Shown one piece after another: positions 40,501-55,500 of a stretch of 64,000 nt of DNA. The stretch's first letter is position 1; every line of letters begins with the position of its first letter. Source of the stretch: Podarcis bocagei (taxonomy: Eukaryota); NCBI GenBank assembly GCA_964188305.1, contig OZ076885.1. One strand, 5' to 3'. A model generated the notes under the pieces. That model searched no databases, was not told where the DNA came from, and saw nothing but the letters and a program-made list of their open reading frames with translations. Position numbers and translations under genes: made by a program.

Positions 40501-43500
40501 CACCCTCTCCAGTTGTTGATTTCTGCTTTTCTCTGTGAAATGACATATCTTGCCTCATCCCTGAAACATGTGATGGTATGGCTTGGATCCTATACTGATG
40601 ACACCTTCCATTTAGTTCCACCCATTTGGTCTTGTCCCACCATTATGTTTCCTTATAGATTAGTGGTAACCAACATGGTGCCCTCCAGACGTTTATGACT
40701 ACAATTCCCACCAGTCCCAGCTAGCATGGCCAATTGTCATGGGCAGTGGGAGTTGCAGTCCAAAATATCTGTAGGACATCAGGTTGCCTACCCCAACCAA
40801 AGATACTTTTCAACTTCCTCCAATAAACTGTTTTCAATGAGAGGTAACAGATCGCTTCATACCGTATGATAAGAAGCTGGATTAACTGAGGCATGGCATT
40901 TAGCAAAAGGTCCTTCCGAGTCAGTCAGCAATCCACACCAATGTCGGGCGTATTTTTCTACAAAGAGAAGAAATTAATCCATATCGTTTTGGGAATTTCT
41001 ATAGGTGCAAATGGCAGCTTTTACCTCAACTCACATCACTGACTCTAGACAGGATATCATGGTGCTGCTACAATGCTTGTTCTACTCACTGCTGTTCACT
41101 CATTGCTGAACCTCCTGAAGCCATGGACTGAGGAAGGAAATGATCTAAATCTTGAATATGTGCATGCTACAGATACCCAATATACCCAATTATGCATAGG
41201 GCTGTTAGTTTATAGACTACTTGCAAAACTTACAAGCCACAGTCTAAAAAAGAGGTAGCCATGTGTACATCCACTTACCGTATTTCAATGGGGGGTGGCA
41301 TACCTAACTTCCTCTGTTTAGATTGTGGCTACAGGATCTTGATTTGCAAGGTTTTATTGTTATTTATTTCCCCTGATTTCCCCATTTATTAATATTTGTT
41401 TTCAGTCAGTTCTTCTAATTTGTTTATTTCTATTAATTTCCCCCACAAGCTAGGTAGAATTATAATTTTGAAGTGTTGGTGAGTCTTGCTTATAATTCTC
41501 AAATATGCCTACCATTTTCAATGCTAAGCGTGCAAGGGTCCTCAAAACTTTGTTTGATGTTGGGACATGCAGCCTGAGTTTTCCAGGTGTTAGCAAATGC
41601 AGATGCTGTTCCTTCCACCACTCCACTTATGGCTGTGAAGTCATCCATCTGGCGCTTGTCAAAGTTTCCACAGAGACCTTTGAAAGAAACCCCAAAGAGT
41701 TTTATAGTCCAGTTTTATAATACTTTGCCCCCCAGGCATACCACAAATTTCTTTTTGCTTTAAAATTCTTCTTACCACAAGTCCTTCCTTTGAAAGATGG
41801 ATCCACATGAATATACAATTGCATTGTGGGTACGAGCTGGATTACTAGCTGAAGGCCAAGGTTTGTATGCACAATGATGAAGAAGGACGAAGGTCTGAAT
41901 ATGGTTACATTAGCTATGGACAAAGAAGACACCATTCTTATGAGATTCAGAGCTGCAACTGCCATCCATTACTCAGGAAAAGAAGAACCAGATTTGTGAA
42001 GGCCAATTCATGCAAGCCAAGCACATTGGCATGTTGTGACTGTGGGCTGGATGGATGTGTGAAGGGTTTGATACAAGTTGAAACAGTTATATGTTTACTT
42101 TCAGATTGTGCCCAACCATCAGCCCAATCTACATTGGCCACCATATCATCGTTTGCCCCAGTTTTGTTGATGATTAAGTGGTATGAACTGAAACAATAAT
42201 GTGGCATATATGGCATGGATCTAACAAATCGTAACCATCAAAGGATTGGGGGAATATGATAGAATAGTCTGGCACCAAAATGATAACAACGATGGCACCA
42301 GACATCTTGTAGAAGGCAGTCCCATAAATGGGGTGCAAAAAAGGGCTTATTTCTGGCAGCCAACTCCTTAATCTCTGGACACCAGGTGAAAGACCTTTCA
42401 CAAAATATATCTCAGCTAATAAGTAGTTTCCTATAGGAGGTGGATGTCCTTCACATACTCTGGTCTCAGCTACAGAGGTAGCTTAGGACCTTGTAGTAAA
42501 CAGCAGCAGTTTATATTCTCATTATGGAGAGTCCTGGTTAACAAACTTGCTATCTAATCTGGAAGTTCCTTTCAAAGGTTGCCTTACATACAATGCATTA
42601 TATTATAGTAGCTGTTATTAAAACATGGCTGATGGTAAGAGAATCCTTCATTTCCAGGGGAAACCTCTACATTAGTTGTGGAGAACATTTGGTCTTCCAA
42701 GTGTTGCTGAACTACAACTACAACTCTGCTATTGGCCATGCTTCTTGGGGCTGATGGGAGTAGTGGTCTAGCAACATTCAGAGGGCCACAGGTTCCTCAC
42801 ATCTGCTCTACACAAACCCAACTTTCTTTTCCCAGCAGAACTGGAAAAGGGAAAATAACCCAATCAAACCCTGCTAGCTTGTGGAGTAACAAGCCCTTCT
42901 GCTGAGCTTGCCCCTAAGATTTCAAAACTTTTAAGGCTGCCATGGCAAACAGAAGTTTCTGACATGCAACATACCTGCTGAGAGAGGCAACTGAGTGTAG
43001 AGCGAGTTGACTAATACACCACCATTAGGACTGATCACAATGGTCTGGTGACAAAGAGAAAAGGTGTAATAATGAGTTTGGTGATAAATTACATCTTCTG
43101 TTTCTTCTAATAAGCTTTATTGGGGGGGGGAATAAAAACTATTACATGCAGGTCCTGCTATCAGATAAGTGAAATTAGGGAGTGTTCAGCATTAATATAA
43201 CCAATCTTGAATGGTTTATTTTGAGGNNNNNNNNNNNNNNNNNNNNNNNNNNNNNNNNNNNNNNNNNNNNNNNNNNNNNNNNNNNNNNNNNNNNNNNNNN
43301 NNNNNNNNNNNNNNNNNNNNNNNNNNNNNNNNNNNNNNNNNNNNNNNNNNNNNNNNNNNNNNNNNNNNNNNNNNNNNNNNNNNNNNNNNNNNNNNNNNNN
43401 NNNNNNNNNNNNNNNNNNNNNNNNNNNNNNNNNNNNNNNNNNNNNNNNNNNNNNNNNNNNNNNNNNNNNNNNNNNNNNNNNNNNNNNNNNNNNNNNNNNN

Positions 43501-46500
43501 NNNNNNNNNNNNNNNNNNNNNNNNNNNNNNNNNNNNNNNNNNNNNNNNNNNNNNNNNNNNNNNNNNNNNNNNNNNNNNNNNNNNAAGGCAAGCTTTTGGC
43601 AGGTTGCCAACCATAAGAAGCATATTGTTCCTAAATAAGTTCAAAGGATGCTCCATCAATCCAATCCCGATTCTTTCCATCTCTCTATGCATTCATTACT
43701 GTGAACAGTAAGGCACAAATTACACCATAATTTCATAAACTGGTAAAATACAAAGATGAAAGGTTCTGAACAATATGGTTGACAGTGTTGGCTTTTATGA
43801 TTTGAAACCTCAACTGATTATCCCACCCCCATGCCCCATTCTTCCTCCTTTTCAAATAGTTCTTTCAACGACATTCTTCGAAACCAATTTAAAACACATT
43901 TTGCAGTCATTCTCTAATTGAACTTTTGTGAGTACTAAGTCATTTTGCTTTTCATGGACTAAATGCCTTTTCAGAGCTGATTATTGTCATGGAAGAGCTC
44001 CTTTTCATGGTGGAGCTGGCATCCCAGCAGAGAGTCCTACTCACAAAAAAGAGTCAGGAGAGATGATTTCTACTACTTTCCCTAGCAGCTTACTGTACTG
44101 CTTCCCATGTTCTTCTGAGAGGTCCTCCAACTCTCTGGAGTAGCTCCTTGGGTGTTGTGGTTATCAACAAAAACCTCCCACTTCCATGAGTACAGTTCCA
44201 CTCACTGGTTGTCTGGATTTGACCCATTGTCTTCAGGAATACATAAGGGCAATTTATTTGATACTTTATTATTCTGACTCTAATACTCTGGGCATCAGCT
44301 AGAAAAAGCAAGTTGCCTTTACATACAGATTCTATTCTAGGAATGGGTGGATCTGTCATTTTTGGTCTCTCTCAGATTTTCCAGTCTCAAGCTTAGTTCT
44401 CCACATTTCCAGATCAGTTTGCATTTTTACAAAAACTCTTCATGAAAATTTATCAGCATTGTAATGCAAACATTTTATGCAATTTTGTTTGTATACAAAT
44501 TGGCTCACATACACATTTTTGCAAAGCTGTTTTTCTTACTATAATGCATTTTTGCATGTTATTTTCACTAATTCGATTTTTAAGCACACTTAAATTGTAC
44601 TTAAAGTGTATTTTAAGCTTCAGTTTATGCATTTTTGCACAAATTATTTGGCTACAGAACTGTACTGGAAATTTCATAGAAGTACAAATTTTGAAGAGTG
44701 CCTGTGTTTAAATCCCCATATAGTTTTGGAAAGTGTGAATTAGCCAGGTGTGCCTTTAAATGTGAATGGAATTGAATACCCGCCCCCCTAGTTACTCCTG
44801 TCTCTTAAGGCATTGTGGCTTACAAGGCGTTCTCTATCCTTTGGTTTAGAAACTTACAGTCTGGTCTCCATTGATGTTGAGGGCAACCATCTTCAAGCAT
44901 GTCTCAGTCTCTGTCAGGCCACATTTGCGGAGTTCTCCGAGAACACTAAATGTATCATCTCCACAAAACTAAAAAAGCAAGCCAACACCCAAGAATTACC
45001 ATCTACATCACAAACTTACTGCAATAGCGCCTAGAAATTAAGATTACACTGAAAAAGTATCGCAGATGCACAGTTCTAGCTTCCTTGAACTCAAAAGTAT
45101 TTTGGTTTTAGGATTTGACTTAACTTCTTATAATGGTTGCTTTAGCTAGGGAAACTGATTCAGGATGTTTTAAATGAGAGAGTAGACATTTTGAATCAAA
45201 ACTGTTGAACAGGAAAATCTGCTACTTCCTCCCTTTATAGATATTGAATGTGTTGGGCTTCTTAAGAATATGTAAGCAAACTTTCCTAGTTGTCTCATGG
45301 GCCTTTTATTTGAATGTGTAGCATCTCCCTGAGCAACTTTATTTCAGTTTCATTGTCGTATCATATGTAATTCTCCTGAAATGAGATTCTGCCCCCCACT
45401 TTATTAATTTTCCCCAAAGGTGTCTCTTCTGCGTCTGTGTCTTCTACACATCTAAAAAAAATTGCTGCTTTATGGAAAATAATGGTGTGATAATGTAGAA
45501 GCAATAAGGAAGTGAGAGGGATTTAAAACTTGTAAAGGAAAACTGAATAAGTTGTGTGCCATGATATCCAAAGCAAGGGATTTACTACTGGAACAATTAC
45601 ACTGGTTTTATAATCCCAGAAAGAGGATTAGTGTGTGTTTGTGTGCCTGTATAGCACTGTGGTAATGGGGACATTTTTGCTAATTATAGTGACAGTATAT
45701 CTTAAGTGACTTGCCTTTGAGAGAACATAAACGCAATCTCCATGGACATTATAACGTTTTTTATCAAAAGTGGAGATGTGTGATCCACCTTCTACTGAGC
45801 AAATGCCAGGACATGGGAGTTCTGTGCAGTTCCATTGGCCCCCAATACAGGAACTTGAAGTAAAGGAAGAAAGAGAAGAAACATACATTTTAAGGAAAGA
45901 TATTGCACTGACATTAGCTTATATTATTTTCCATTGTTAGTTCCATTCTTTGAAATGTATGTGGAAACATTTGTAAAGTGTAGAAACCAGCACAGCTTTG
46001 TGTTTAAAGAGTCAACATGTGGGAGCTTAAAAGCTATGGGTGGGACTCATCTAATGCGGACTCATCTAATGCAGAGGAAGCTCCACACACGGACTGCTTG
46101 TCCAATAGGACTTTCCTTCCTCTCCTCCTGCCATGCCCCCTGGTGCCCTCTGAACTTGTTTGGGGGGGGGGTCATGAGAACCCCTGAAACAGCATGCGGG
46201 GGAAGTAGGGAAAGGACCAAAATGCTTGCCCTGATGGAATGATTGCCTTTCTCAAACTTGAGTCCCCAGATGTTGGACCACAACTCCCATCACCTCTGGT
46301 CCTAGTAGCTAGGAATGATGGGAGTTGTAGTCCACCAAAGGTGCCTTAGCGCAATGGTGAATTCTTCCCTATGAAGAGCTCCACAGCTCAGTGGGAAGCA
46401 CAAACTTTACATGCAAAAGGTTTCAGATTCAGTTCCTGGAATTTCTAGTAAAAAGGGTGATGTAGCATGCAATGGGAAAGATCCCTGCCTGCCAGTCAGT

Positions 46501-49500
46501 CAGAGTAGATAACAATAGTCAAGATGAACAAATAGTGTAATCTGGCAGAAGGCAGTTTCCTAGGATCCTATTGTTACTGCAGAATTTTAGCTTAATGATG
46601 TGAAAAGTCACTACTAAACCATCTCAGTGGTAATCCTGACCCATTGAGTTGTACAAAAGACTGGCTTCATTTGGTCATGCCCAAATAGCAGCTCGGTATG
46701 TAGCAGAATGGGATGTGGGTGGTGCTGTGGTGTAAACCACTGAGCCTTTTGCTTGCCGATTGAAAGGTTGGCGGTTCGACTCCCCATGACAGGGTGAGCT
46801 CCTGATGCCCAGTCCCTTCTCCTGCCAACCTAGCAGTTCAAAAGCACGTCAAAGTGCAAGTAGATAAATAGGTACTGCTCTGGCGGGAAGGTAAACGGCG
46901 TTTCCGTGCACTGCTCTGATTTCACCAGAAGTGGCTTAGTCATGCTGGCCATATGACCCAGAAAAACTGTCTGTGGACAAACGTCGGCTCCCTCGGCCAG
47001 TAAAGCGAGATGAGCACCATAACCCCAGAGTCGTTCACAACTGGACTTAACTGTCACGGGTCCTTTACCTTTTTATGTAGCAGAATGGCTAGCAGAGGCC
47101 TAATGAGCAGGGCTAATGTGACATGCATGGAAACATAAGCTGGAGTGTGGCCACTAGGCCAGGGGTTGGCAAGGTTTACCGGCCATGGGCCGGAAATTGC
47201 ATCTGCGCATGTCCGCAGTGCTGGAAATCGTTTCTGCGCATGCCCAGATGCCAGAAATCGTGCCTGCACAGAAGCGTTTTTTGGCGCCTGGACATGCGCA
47301 GACACGATTTCCGGTATCCTCACGTCCACAGATGCGATTTCCGGCGCCGCTCAGTGAGTCCCCATGCCACGCTGTGCTGGTTTAGTGCAGCGGGCGAAGG
47401 TCTCGCTAAGCGGGTGGGGCGGCTCAGGGGCCTGTAGAATGGTCTTTGTGGGCCACACGTTGCCGACCCCTGCACTAGGCAGAAGCCAATGTAAGGAATC
47501 TATCACAAATACTATTGAACTTTCATTGGGAATCATGTTCAGAAATAACTCATTCAAATACTTAGGCAGAGCTTTTAAAATGTTGAAATCATGGATCAAG
47601 CCTAGATTCCTACACAAAGTACTTGTTCATCATATTAAAGGTTGTCAGTTACCAAGAACGGCAGTTGTCTGAATAAGTTGTCCCTGGAGCATAGGATTTT
47701 CCATTGTAAACACAGGAACACTGCTCGTGGGGGATGCAGCCAGCATTGTCAATGTCATCATATACAGTTCCTAAAGGAAGAAATAACTTAAACATTATAA
47801 TGGTTAAAAGATGTTAAATGATAGTTGGTTACATGCACAGCTTCCCTGACACAAATTATAATTGTACAATCTCTTTTCCTAAAAACAACATGCCTTTTTT
47901 GTGGATTTCCTTGCTTGCACCTTGAATACCATGAGGCGAGTGCCCCATTAAGATCCGTGGCACTTACTACTGAGCAAGTGTGTAAAGGGCTACAACAGTT
48001 GGATACAAAGGTGGAAGCTTACCTGGTGGACAGAAGCAACCATCCACACAGTGGTCCTCACACAGCTGAGATCTTTCAGAGTTGGAGCAAGTGTCTGTAC
48101 ATGGTGATTCACATTCTTGATACTGCATGTTGGAAGAGCATTCCATTGCTGAAAAGAAGGATATTAATTATAACTCAGTTACCCTTTGATACACGCAGCA
48201 CACTCAGCTAATAAACAATTCCTTATAGTGATTCTGCCTTGAACAGAGACCTGCCTTCTGTGTGTTGCATTTAATGCTTTTCTGCTGCAACTCCAAATGG
48301 CACCTGCTTTCTTTTGTAGCCACATACCACAACTGATGAATGCTTTGACTGGGGTCTATTATAATTCCTATGATTTTTTTCATTATGCTAGAGCAGTGGT
48401 GGAGAACCACCAGCCCACATGACTTCTGAATCTGGCCAGCTCCCCTGTGCCTGGTTTCATATGGTCTTAGGTGTGGGAAGCTTCAAGCTGTGGCTTGAAT
48501 CTGACGCTTTTTGAATTTGGTGCCCTTTTCTGCTGCCCTGCAAGGTGACTGAAAAAAGTATCAAATGCAAAAGGTGCCAGAAGGAAGAATCAGAAGTAGA
48601 CTTAAGAGTGTGGTCCTGATTCTTTAATTGAAGCCATTCTGCACTTTTGGAATTCAGGCCACAGCTGGAAATTCAGGCCCCATCGACCTGTCCAAGTGGC
48701 CCTCTCAGAGGGTTAGCCACTGTTGGATCTGACCCTCCAGCCAAAATGGAGTGGCCCTGCACATCATGTGACCAACCAGGCATGTTTTGCGGCTTGCCAT
48801 TTGTTCAGTGGTATATGTGCCTCCACTTTTTTTGTGTGCCCTGGTGGCCTAGATGGTATTTACCATTTGGTTAATAGACATTAGTTACATTTTATTAATA
48901 TCTCCTTCTGAACAAACCTGCCTGATGGACTTTTTCTCCTTTCATAGTTTATTACTCAAGTGGTAAGACTGTGGGGAAAAGGTCCTCTCAAAAGCAGGAG
49001 CAATATAAGCTGGGGCATCTCTGATGACTTCATTCCTCTATGCGCTGCAGATCATACCTCCCAGACTCGCCATTGCCCAAAACAGCAGAGTTGATGAGCA
49101 GATGAACATCTAAACTTCTAAATTAGTTGCATTTATCATTTGATTGCTGAAAACACAGTGTTCTGACACATTCAAATAACTCCTAGCTGTCACCATGTCC
49201 TCTAGATTGCTTCTTTTCCAGTTTATCTCAGCTATGTATCACCTGCAAGTTAGAGGTATCTCTCTATCTCCCACCACTTATGCAAGTCATTCATAAGCAG
49301 GACAAACTCAATATAGGGATCTATGAAACACTTCAGCTTCTTACAGCCTGGTGCTCATCCACTAGTCAGGTGCTCATCCCGAGACCTGCAGGTATAGGGC
49401 AGTATACAAATTCAATTAATTAATTAATACCTTTAAAAGCATGCAACTTTGTGTGTACTCTACTTTTGGTTGTACCTTCTAATTTCCAGTTCACCAGAGT

Positions 49501-52500
49501 AATTGCTGAATATCATGTCAAGCTGTATCAAATGTCCAGCTGAAATAATTGACTAGCTGTGATTTACACTTACGGCACAGCTCTGGGCTTCTCCAGTTCT
49601 GAGGTTCCCCACCAGCATGAGCACACTGCCGGGAATATTCAGCAAAAGTGTCGCAGAGACAGGAGGTGATATCTTCTTGTTTACAGAGGCACAGGTCTTG
49701 TACACAAGACTCAATGTAGTCATTAACTCCCACTACAGCATTGCATTGAAAGAATGAAGAGCCAGTCAGTACACGCTGGCAAAGCTCCTAGATGGAAAAG
49801 CAAAAGCAAAAAGTTTTTATCAAGAAGGACTGTTTTTAATGGTGATTAACTGATCCTAGATCAGGGATGAGGAATCTGTGGCCTTCCGGATGTCGTCAGG
49901 CTCCAGCTCTCAATGTTTCTCATCAGTGGCCATTCCGGTTGGAGAGTCCAGCTACATGTGAAGAATGACAAGTTTACCCATTCCTGTCTTAGATGACAAT
50001 GACATATTTAGTACACAGGGCACTTTGTAAAGTGCCATAATTACAAGGAAAAGAAATCAGGTTCTTGCAACAAGGAACTTATAATGTTAATTTCAGGAGC
50101 TGAGGAAACAACAATATATTTTCTCTGCCATTACAATTCTTCCTTAAGATTTAAGCATCCTTTTGGAAATAAAACAAATGTAAAGTGTAAGAATAAGCAA
50201 AAAAAAAATCTTACAATTTCATCAGTGCAGTTGCTCAGAGAGACCGGCGTAGGATCCTCACATTCTTCTGTCGGCCCATTCATTTTCTGCATATTCCCAA
50301 ACTGCAAAGTAGTTATTTCGGCCCCTGTAATGAAAAACAGCAACCCATGACTTCAAAAAGATTCATATGAGAAAGTATCTTGCATAGAGGTTCTTGTTCC
50401 AGTTTGACAAATGTGATGCTGAGAGGGATAGCCACATGGTTCTTTCCCCTACTCTTAGTAAAGCACTATAGCACAATGGGATGTGCAGTAAATACCCTGT
50501 GGAAAACCAGTTGCTTCCCCCCGCTGGGACAACCCTTCAGAGCACCAGCTGGGAGAACTGTACAAATCACATGGCTCTCTGTCAGCCAATGGGACAGAAA
50601 AGGGCCAGCATGGGCTGAAGCACACACCTGTCTCAATGGGGAAAGAGCTATTGACTGTATGGGAACAGCACATGATTCTGAACCCTAGTTGCATGGAAGT
50701 CGCTTCTCCATGGGCATGATCAAGGCAATGTTTAAACAACCAACTATGTGAGTGAGGGTCCCAGCTTCAGATTTGCTACCCTTCCAGGAGGACTGTCAAT
50801 TCCACAGAAATGCCATGTGTGGGTCAGTCCTCCAAACCCCAATGGCTGTTTACTGAGGCCGTTTGGGAGAAAAGCAGCTCCCCTGTAGCAACAGTAACTT
50901 TCAAAGGGCCTTTTGACTATGTGCAAGCTCCAGTACGCCTTCTCAACTGACGTAAAAACACCATTGGCCAACATTCCCCCTAACAGCAATCTCAGTAGGT
51001 AAGTATGATTGCAGCAAAAACAAGCCGAGGAGAAACAAGAGTACTCATTTTTCAGAAGTTAAAGCAGCAATGCTGAACAATCTATCAAAACAAGCGAACT
51101 ATCTACAGTGGTGCCCCGCAAGACGAAATTAATTCGTTCCGCAATTTTTGTCATCTAGCGAATTTTTCGTCTTGCGAAGCACGAAATCCCATAGGAATGC
51201 ATTGAAAATCAATTAATGCGTTCCTATGGTCAAAAAAAGTCGAAACAAAGCCAAATTTGGTACAACAACAGTTTATTAACTGCTCTTTAAAGTCACACAT
51301 ACTGTAAAGAGCAGTTCAAAAATTGAAGGGTAAATAAATTAACTTTATAAACAAAACATGTCTTTGTTTTTAGACAAAGGAAACAAAGCCGCGAGACGTT
51401 TTCGTCTTGTGAAGCAAGCCCATAGGGAAATTTCGTCTTGCGAGGCAAATCGAAAACCGAAAAACCTTTCGTCTAGCGAGTTTTTTGTCTTGCGAGGCAT
51501 TCGTCTTGCGAGGTACCACTGTACACCCCACTCAACAAATTATCACAGACAGAAAAACCAAGCAACTGTTCCGCTCAACAACAAAATGTCATCATGTTTT
51601 TTTAATTAAAAGGATAAAACATCGGGAAGAGCAAAGGGTCTTATGCACCGCAGCTTGTGTCTGAGGGCACTATGGTGGCCTTGGTTTAGAACCTCAGAAA
51701 TAGAAATGTTTTTCCAATCACTAATTCATTTACTTAATGCTATCAATATCATCCATATGCTGAAAATCTATTTTGATGAGCATGAAAAGTGAAATTCACC
51801 TAATATCTAAATATTCAATGTGTGTTGTTGATTTTAAAAGTGAAGAATGACAGATATCAGACAAATCCACCAGGTTTTTATCCTCGGGGCTTTTTCTTAT
51901 GATGGGTGCTCACTAGAACAGACTACTGGCACCTCATTCCCCCTCCCCCTGCCAATGACAGCCATTTTGTGCTGTCATTTTTATCAATATGTATATGAAT
52001 ACCAGCATGTCTTTCCTCCCCGCCCCCCAAAGCACTGCTTATACCACTTAAAATGTTTTGAAATGGATGAAAAGCCAAACCTCTGAAGAGATTGTAGTTC
52101 CACAGCACTCAATGAATCATGACATATAAATAGTTGATACCCAATTTCAATAAGCAGTGTTTTTGATACTTACCGTTTGAAAAGAACTCATTGTATTGTG
52201 GAATGCCATTAAAATCCCCACAAAGTCCACAGGTCTGATTTGCATATTTTTTATCAAGTTCCAGCTGAAATTATATAGGAGAAAGTTGATGAAAGTTAAT
52301 ATTACTCTCCATGATATAGATTGAAAATTCAAGACAGCAGCTGCACTGGAGACACCAAGATAACTTCCATCAATGTTGCAATTCAAATTTAGTGAATAGA
52401 AAATTGGGGTATCATTTTTGAGTCTCAGCCAGTCTGTGCTATTCATAACAACCTAGTTTTCATTGTAATATTTACAGTGTATATATAAAAGCAGCTGACT

Positions 52501-55500
52501 CTTCTCCACTTATGCTTTCTGTTCTTTGAATGGGATTCCCTGCTCTGCAATCTATAGATAAGGTTAGGGCCTATAAAAGAGAAATTTTACTAGAAAATGA
52601 AAAATTGAAGCAACAGGTGGCACCTCCTGCAAAAATGTGAATATGCTAAATGTGTAATCCAAACGTGTTTTCATCTCTTTGAAAATAGAGATAAAATGTC
52701 AAGTGGAAACATATCTTGGTTGATTTCTGCAGTTAGATACTGACTGCAAATAAGATTTGTAAGGGAAGTAAGTAAGTAAGGGGATGCGGGTGGCACTGTG
52801 GTCTAAACCTCTGAGCCTAGGGCTTGCTGATCGGAAGGTTAGTGGTTCGAATCCCCATGATGGGGTGAGCTCCCATTGTTCGGTCCCAGCTCCTGCAACC
52901 TAGCAGTTCGAAAGCACATCAAAGTGCAAGCAGATAAATAGGTATCGCTCCAGCGGGAAGGTAAATGGCGTTTCCGTGCGCTGCTCTGGTTTCACCAGAA
53001 GCGGCTTAGTCATGCTGGCCACATGACCCAGAAAAACTGCCTGTGGACAAACGTCGGGTCTCTCAGCCAGTAAAGGAAGATGAGTGCCGCAACCCCAGAG
53101 TCATTCGCGACTGGACTTAACTGTCAGGGGTCCTTTACCTTTTACTAAGAGCTTATTATGAACAGAACAGGATATTAGGTATGTATGTGTGTAAGAGAGG
53201 GTGGGGAGGCAGGCAGGCAGGCTGAATACCCCAAAGAGCTTGTGCATATCAAAGCCCAATCTGTACTTAGAAGCAATTATTTGGGTGGTTTCTTTTCACC
53301 AGTTACTGAAAATCTGTGATGTTAACTTGCATGAGTCGACATAAGAGCATATTGCAAAGACCCTATACAACAAACTGCCTTGTGGTATCATGATTTTATC
53401 TGTAATGTTGTTCAGGTGACATCATACATACAAAAAGTAAACTCAGCTGCTGGGTTATGATGATTATGATGAAGCCAGAACAAGGCTAGTGGAAAATACG
53501 AGGGAGGTATCAGCATGCTTCATGGGAAATCCAAGTCTTGCAGAAGTAGAAAAATATTACGGGGGACCTAAAGGGGTGATCCCTGCCCCCAAACAACCCT
53601 GTGAAGACTGAGCATGCTCAGTGGTGACAGAATTTTAGTTTCTGGTGCGGGTGGGGAAATAGAAAAGCAGCAGGAAGGGAGAGTGGAATTGGGTATTGCG
53701 AAGGAAGGCATGGCTGGCTGGCAGGCTGGGATACTGAACAGGAACATTCTACACTGCCACATTCTGCTGGGGTCACACTTGTCAATTCTCTATATTATGT
53801 AGCACTTACCATTAGACTGTCCTTTTCATTCCACAGTAAGGTTAGGCCCAGCTTGACAATCACTCTCACATAGATGGTAAATTTCTCAATAACGAATCCT
53901 GATCCAGTGTAAGGCAGCTGAACCCTGATGAGAAAGCATCAGAGATACTGGATATGTAATTCAAAGCAAAGTGACATGTGGCTTTTTTTGAGGGTGTATA
54001 ACTGCCAAATTGCCATCATGAGTGATTGAACTATCCCGTTACAGAACTTACTGCAGAATTACTCATGCCCACCCAAGACAAATTAGAAGGGCATGTGGCT
54101 ATGGTGACCACAGCAGCAAAGCCTACTGGAGGCCACAAGCAGCCTCCTCTGTGGTTGGGAATTTTGGGCTTTCAATAGCCTTTAATGGCTTCATTAATGT
54201 ATTTCTCAGTGTGCTTCAGCATGGGGATTTCTGGGCGTTGGACCACAGATTGATACTGAACATGGTAGTCACTGCACACCACTGGCTGGACACTGACACC
54301 CAGATTAGAAGTGGCTACCATGGACCTTTCATGGTTATTGGTTCTTAGATCATGGTAGGACTGAACTCTATCTGCCTATTAAGGAATCTATTTGAGGAAG
54401 TAGGTCTGCTCAGGACACAAGTCTGTGTTATTACCTTTCACCATTCACCACAATGGCATCTTTTTGCATTTCAAAATCCGTCCCATCCAACCGCATGGTG
54501 ACAGAACTGATAGTGGGAATGTCTTTCACCATTGTGCGCCTGATCTGGATGTTGAAGTCCTCATAGGCAGCATTGCAATGGGAGGCAAATACATAGTTGC
54601 AGGTCCCAGGGAAATAATAGATGTCCCCATCAAACGTCTTGTAGTGGAATTGGCCCCACGTGCTGCAGACTTGCCCATTATGAGCTGAGTTGAAGGCTGC
54701 AAATTCACAAAAGGTTGTAAAGGTATACTGCACACTTTTTGCTGACAACATCTTCATTTCTTCATTTTCTATGCCAGCTTACATAGTGACATTACTAGCT
54801 TATCGCCCATTACAAACAGGCTTTTGTTCCTTGCCTGCATTTGCCCTGGGTAGACACTGTTACTTCTTTTGCCACTTTATGTGCTCAGCTCAGAAGTAAG
54901 TTGATGCTGATGCCAGCTTTCCCTTAGGCTGAAGTGGAGAAGCTGTGGCCCTCCAGATGTTGTTGGACTCAAACTCTCATCACTCCTAGCCTGCACATCC
55001 AGTGGTCGGAGATGATGGGACTTGGGAGTTCAGCAACATGTGGTGCGTCACAGGTTCCCCAACCAGGCTGAGTAGGGGATCAGAGGAAGACACATAATCC
55101 TTCAAGTTATTCTGTTGTTCAACATAAACTAGAGTTATGGCAGGATTTATTACTAAAGTGCAACAGAGCATGCTCAACAGAAGCAGGAAAAGCCCTGTGC
55201 CCTTTTGTTACCCACAACTGGAATCAGATTTCACTGCAGGATATACACTGAGTACAAAATAAGTTTAAATTAGAGAACAGAAGATCAAACACTGTGCAAT
55301 ACATTATTTAGCACTCAAAGGGAACTAAAACCTGTGAAGGGGAAAAGGGATTTTACTGTGTAAAATCTACAAAGGTGTAAAAGATCTCCAGAGCTGGGAA
55401 GAAAATAAGTGTATACTCAACCTCTCTCTATATAGTCATTGCCTTGACCTTTCATAACTAGCACAAAGACTGTCACCTTCATCCCCTGACACCCCCTGCC

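Noticed and set aside
43161-43711. ORFs spanning the N run, and a possible exon hidden in the gap
   Set aside because: ORFs are gap artefacts; exons 11 and 12 join in phase with a continuous VWD2 sequence
46043-46072. 15-bp tandem duplication GGACTCATCTAATGC x2
   Set aside because: Ordinary local slippage duplication in an intron
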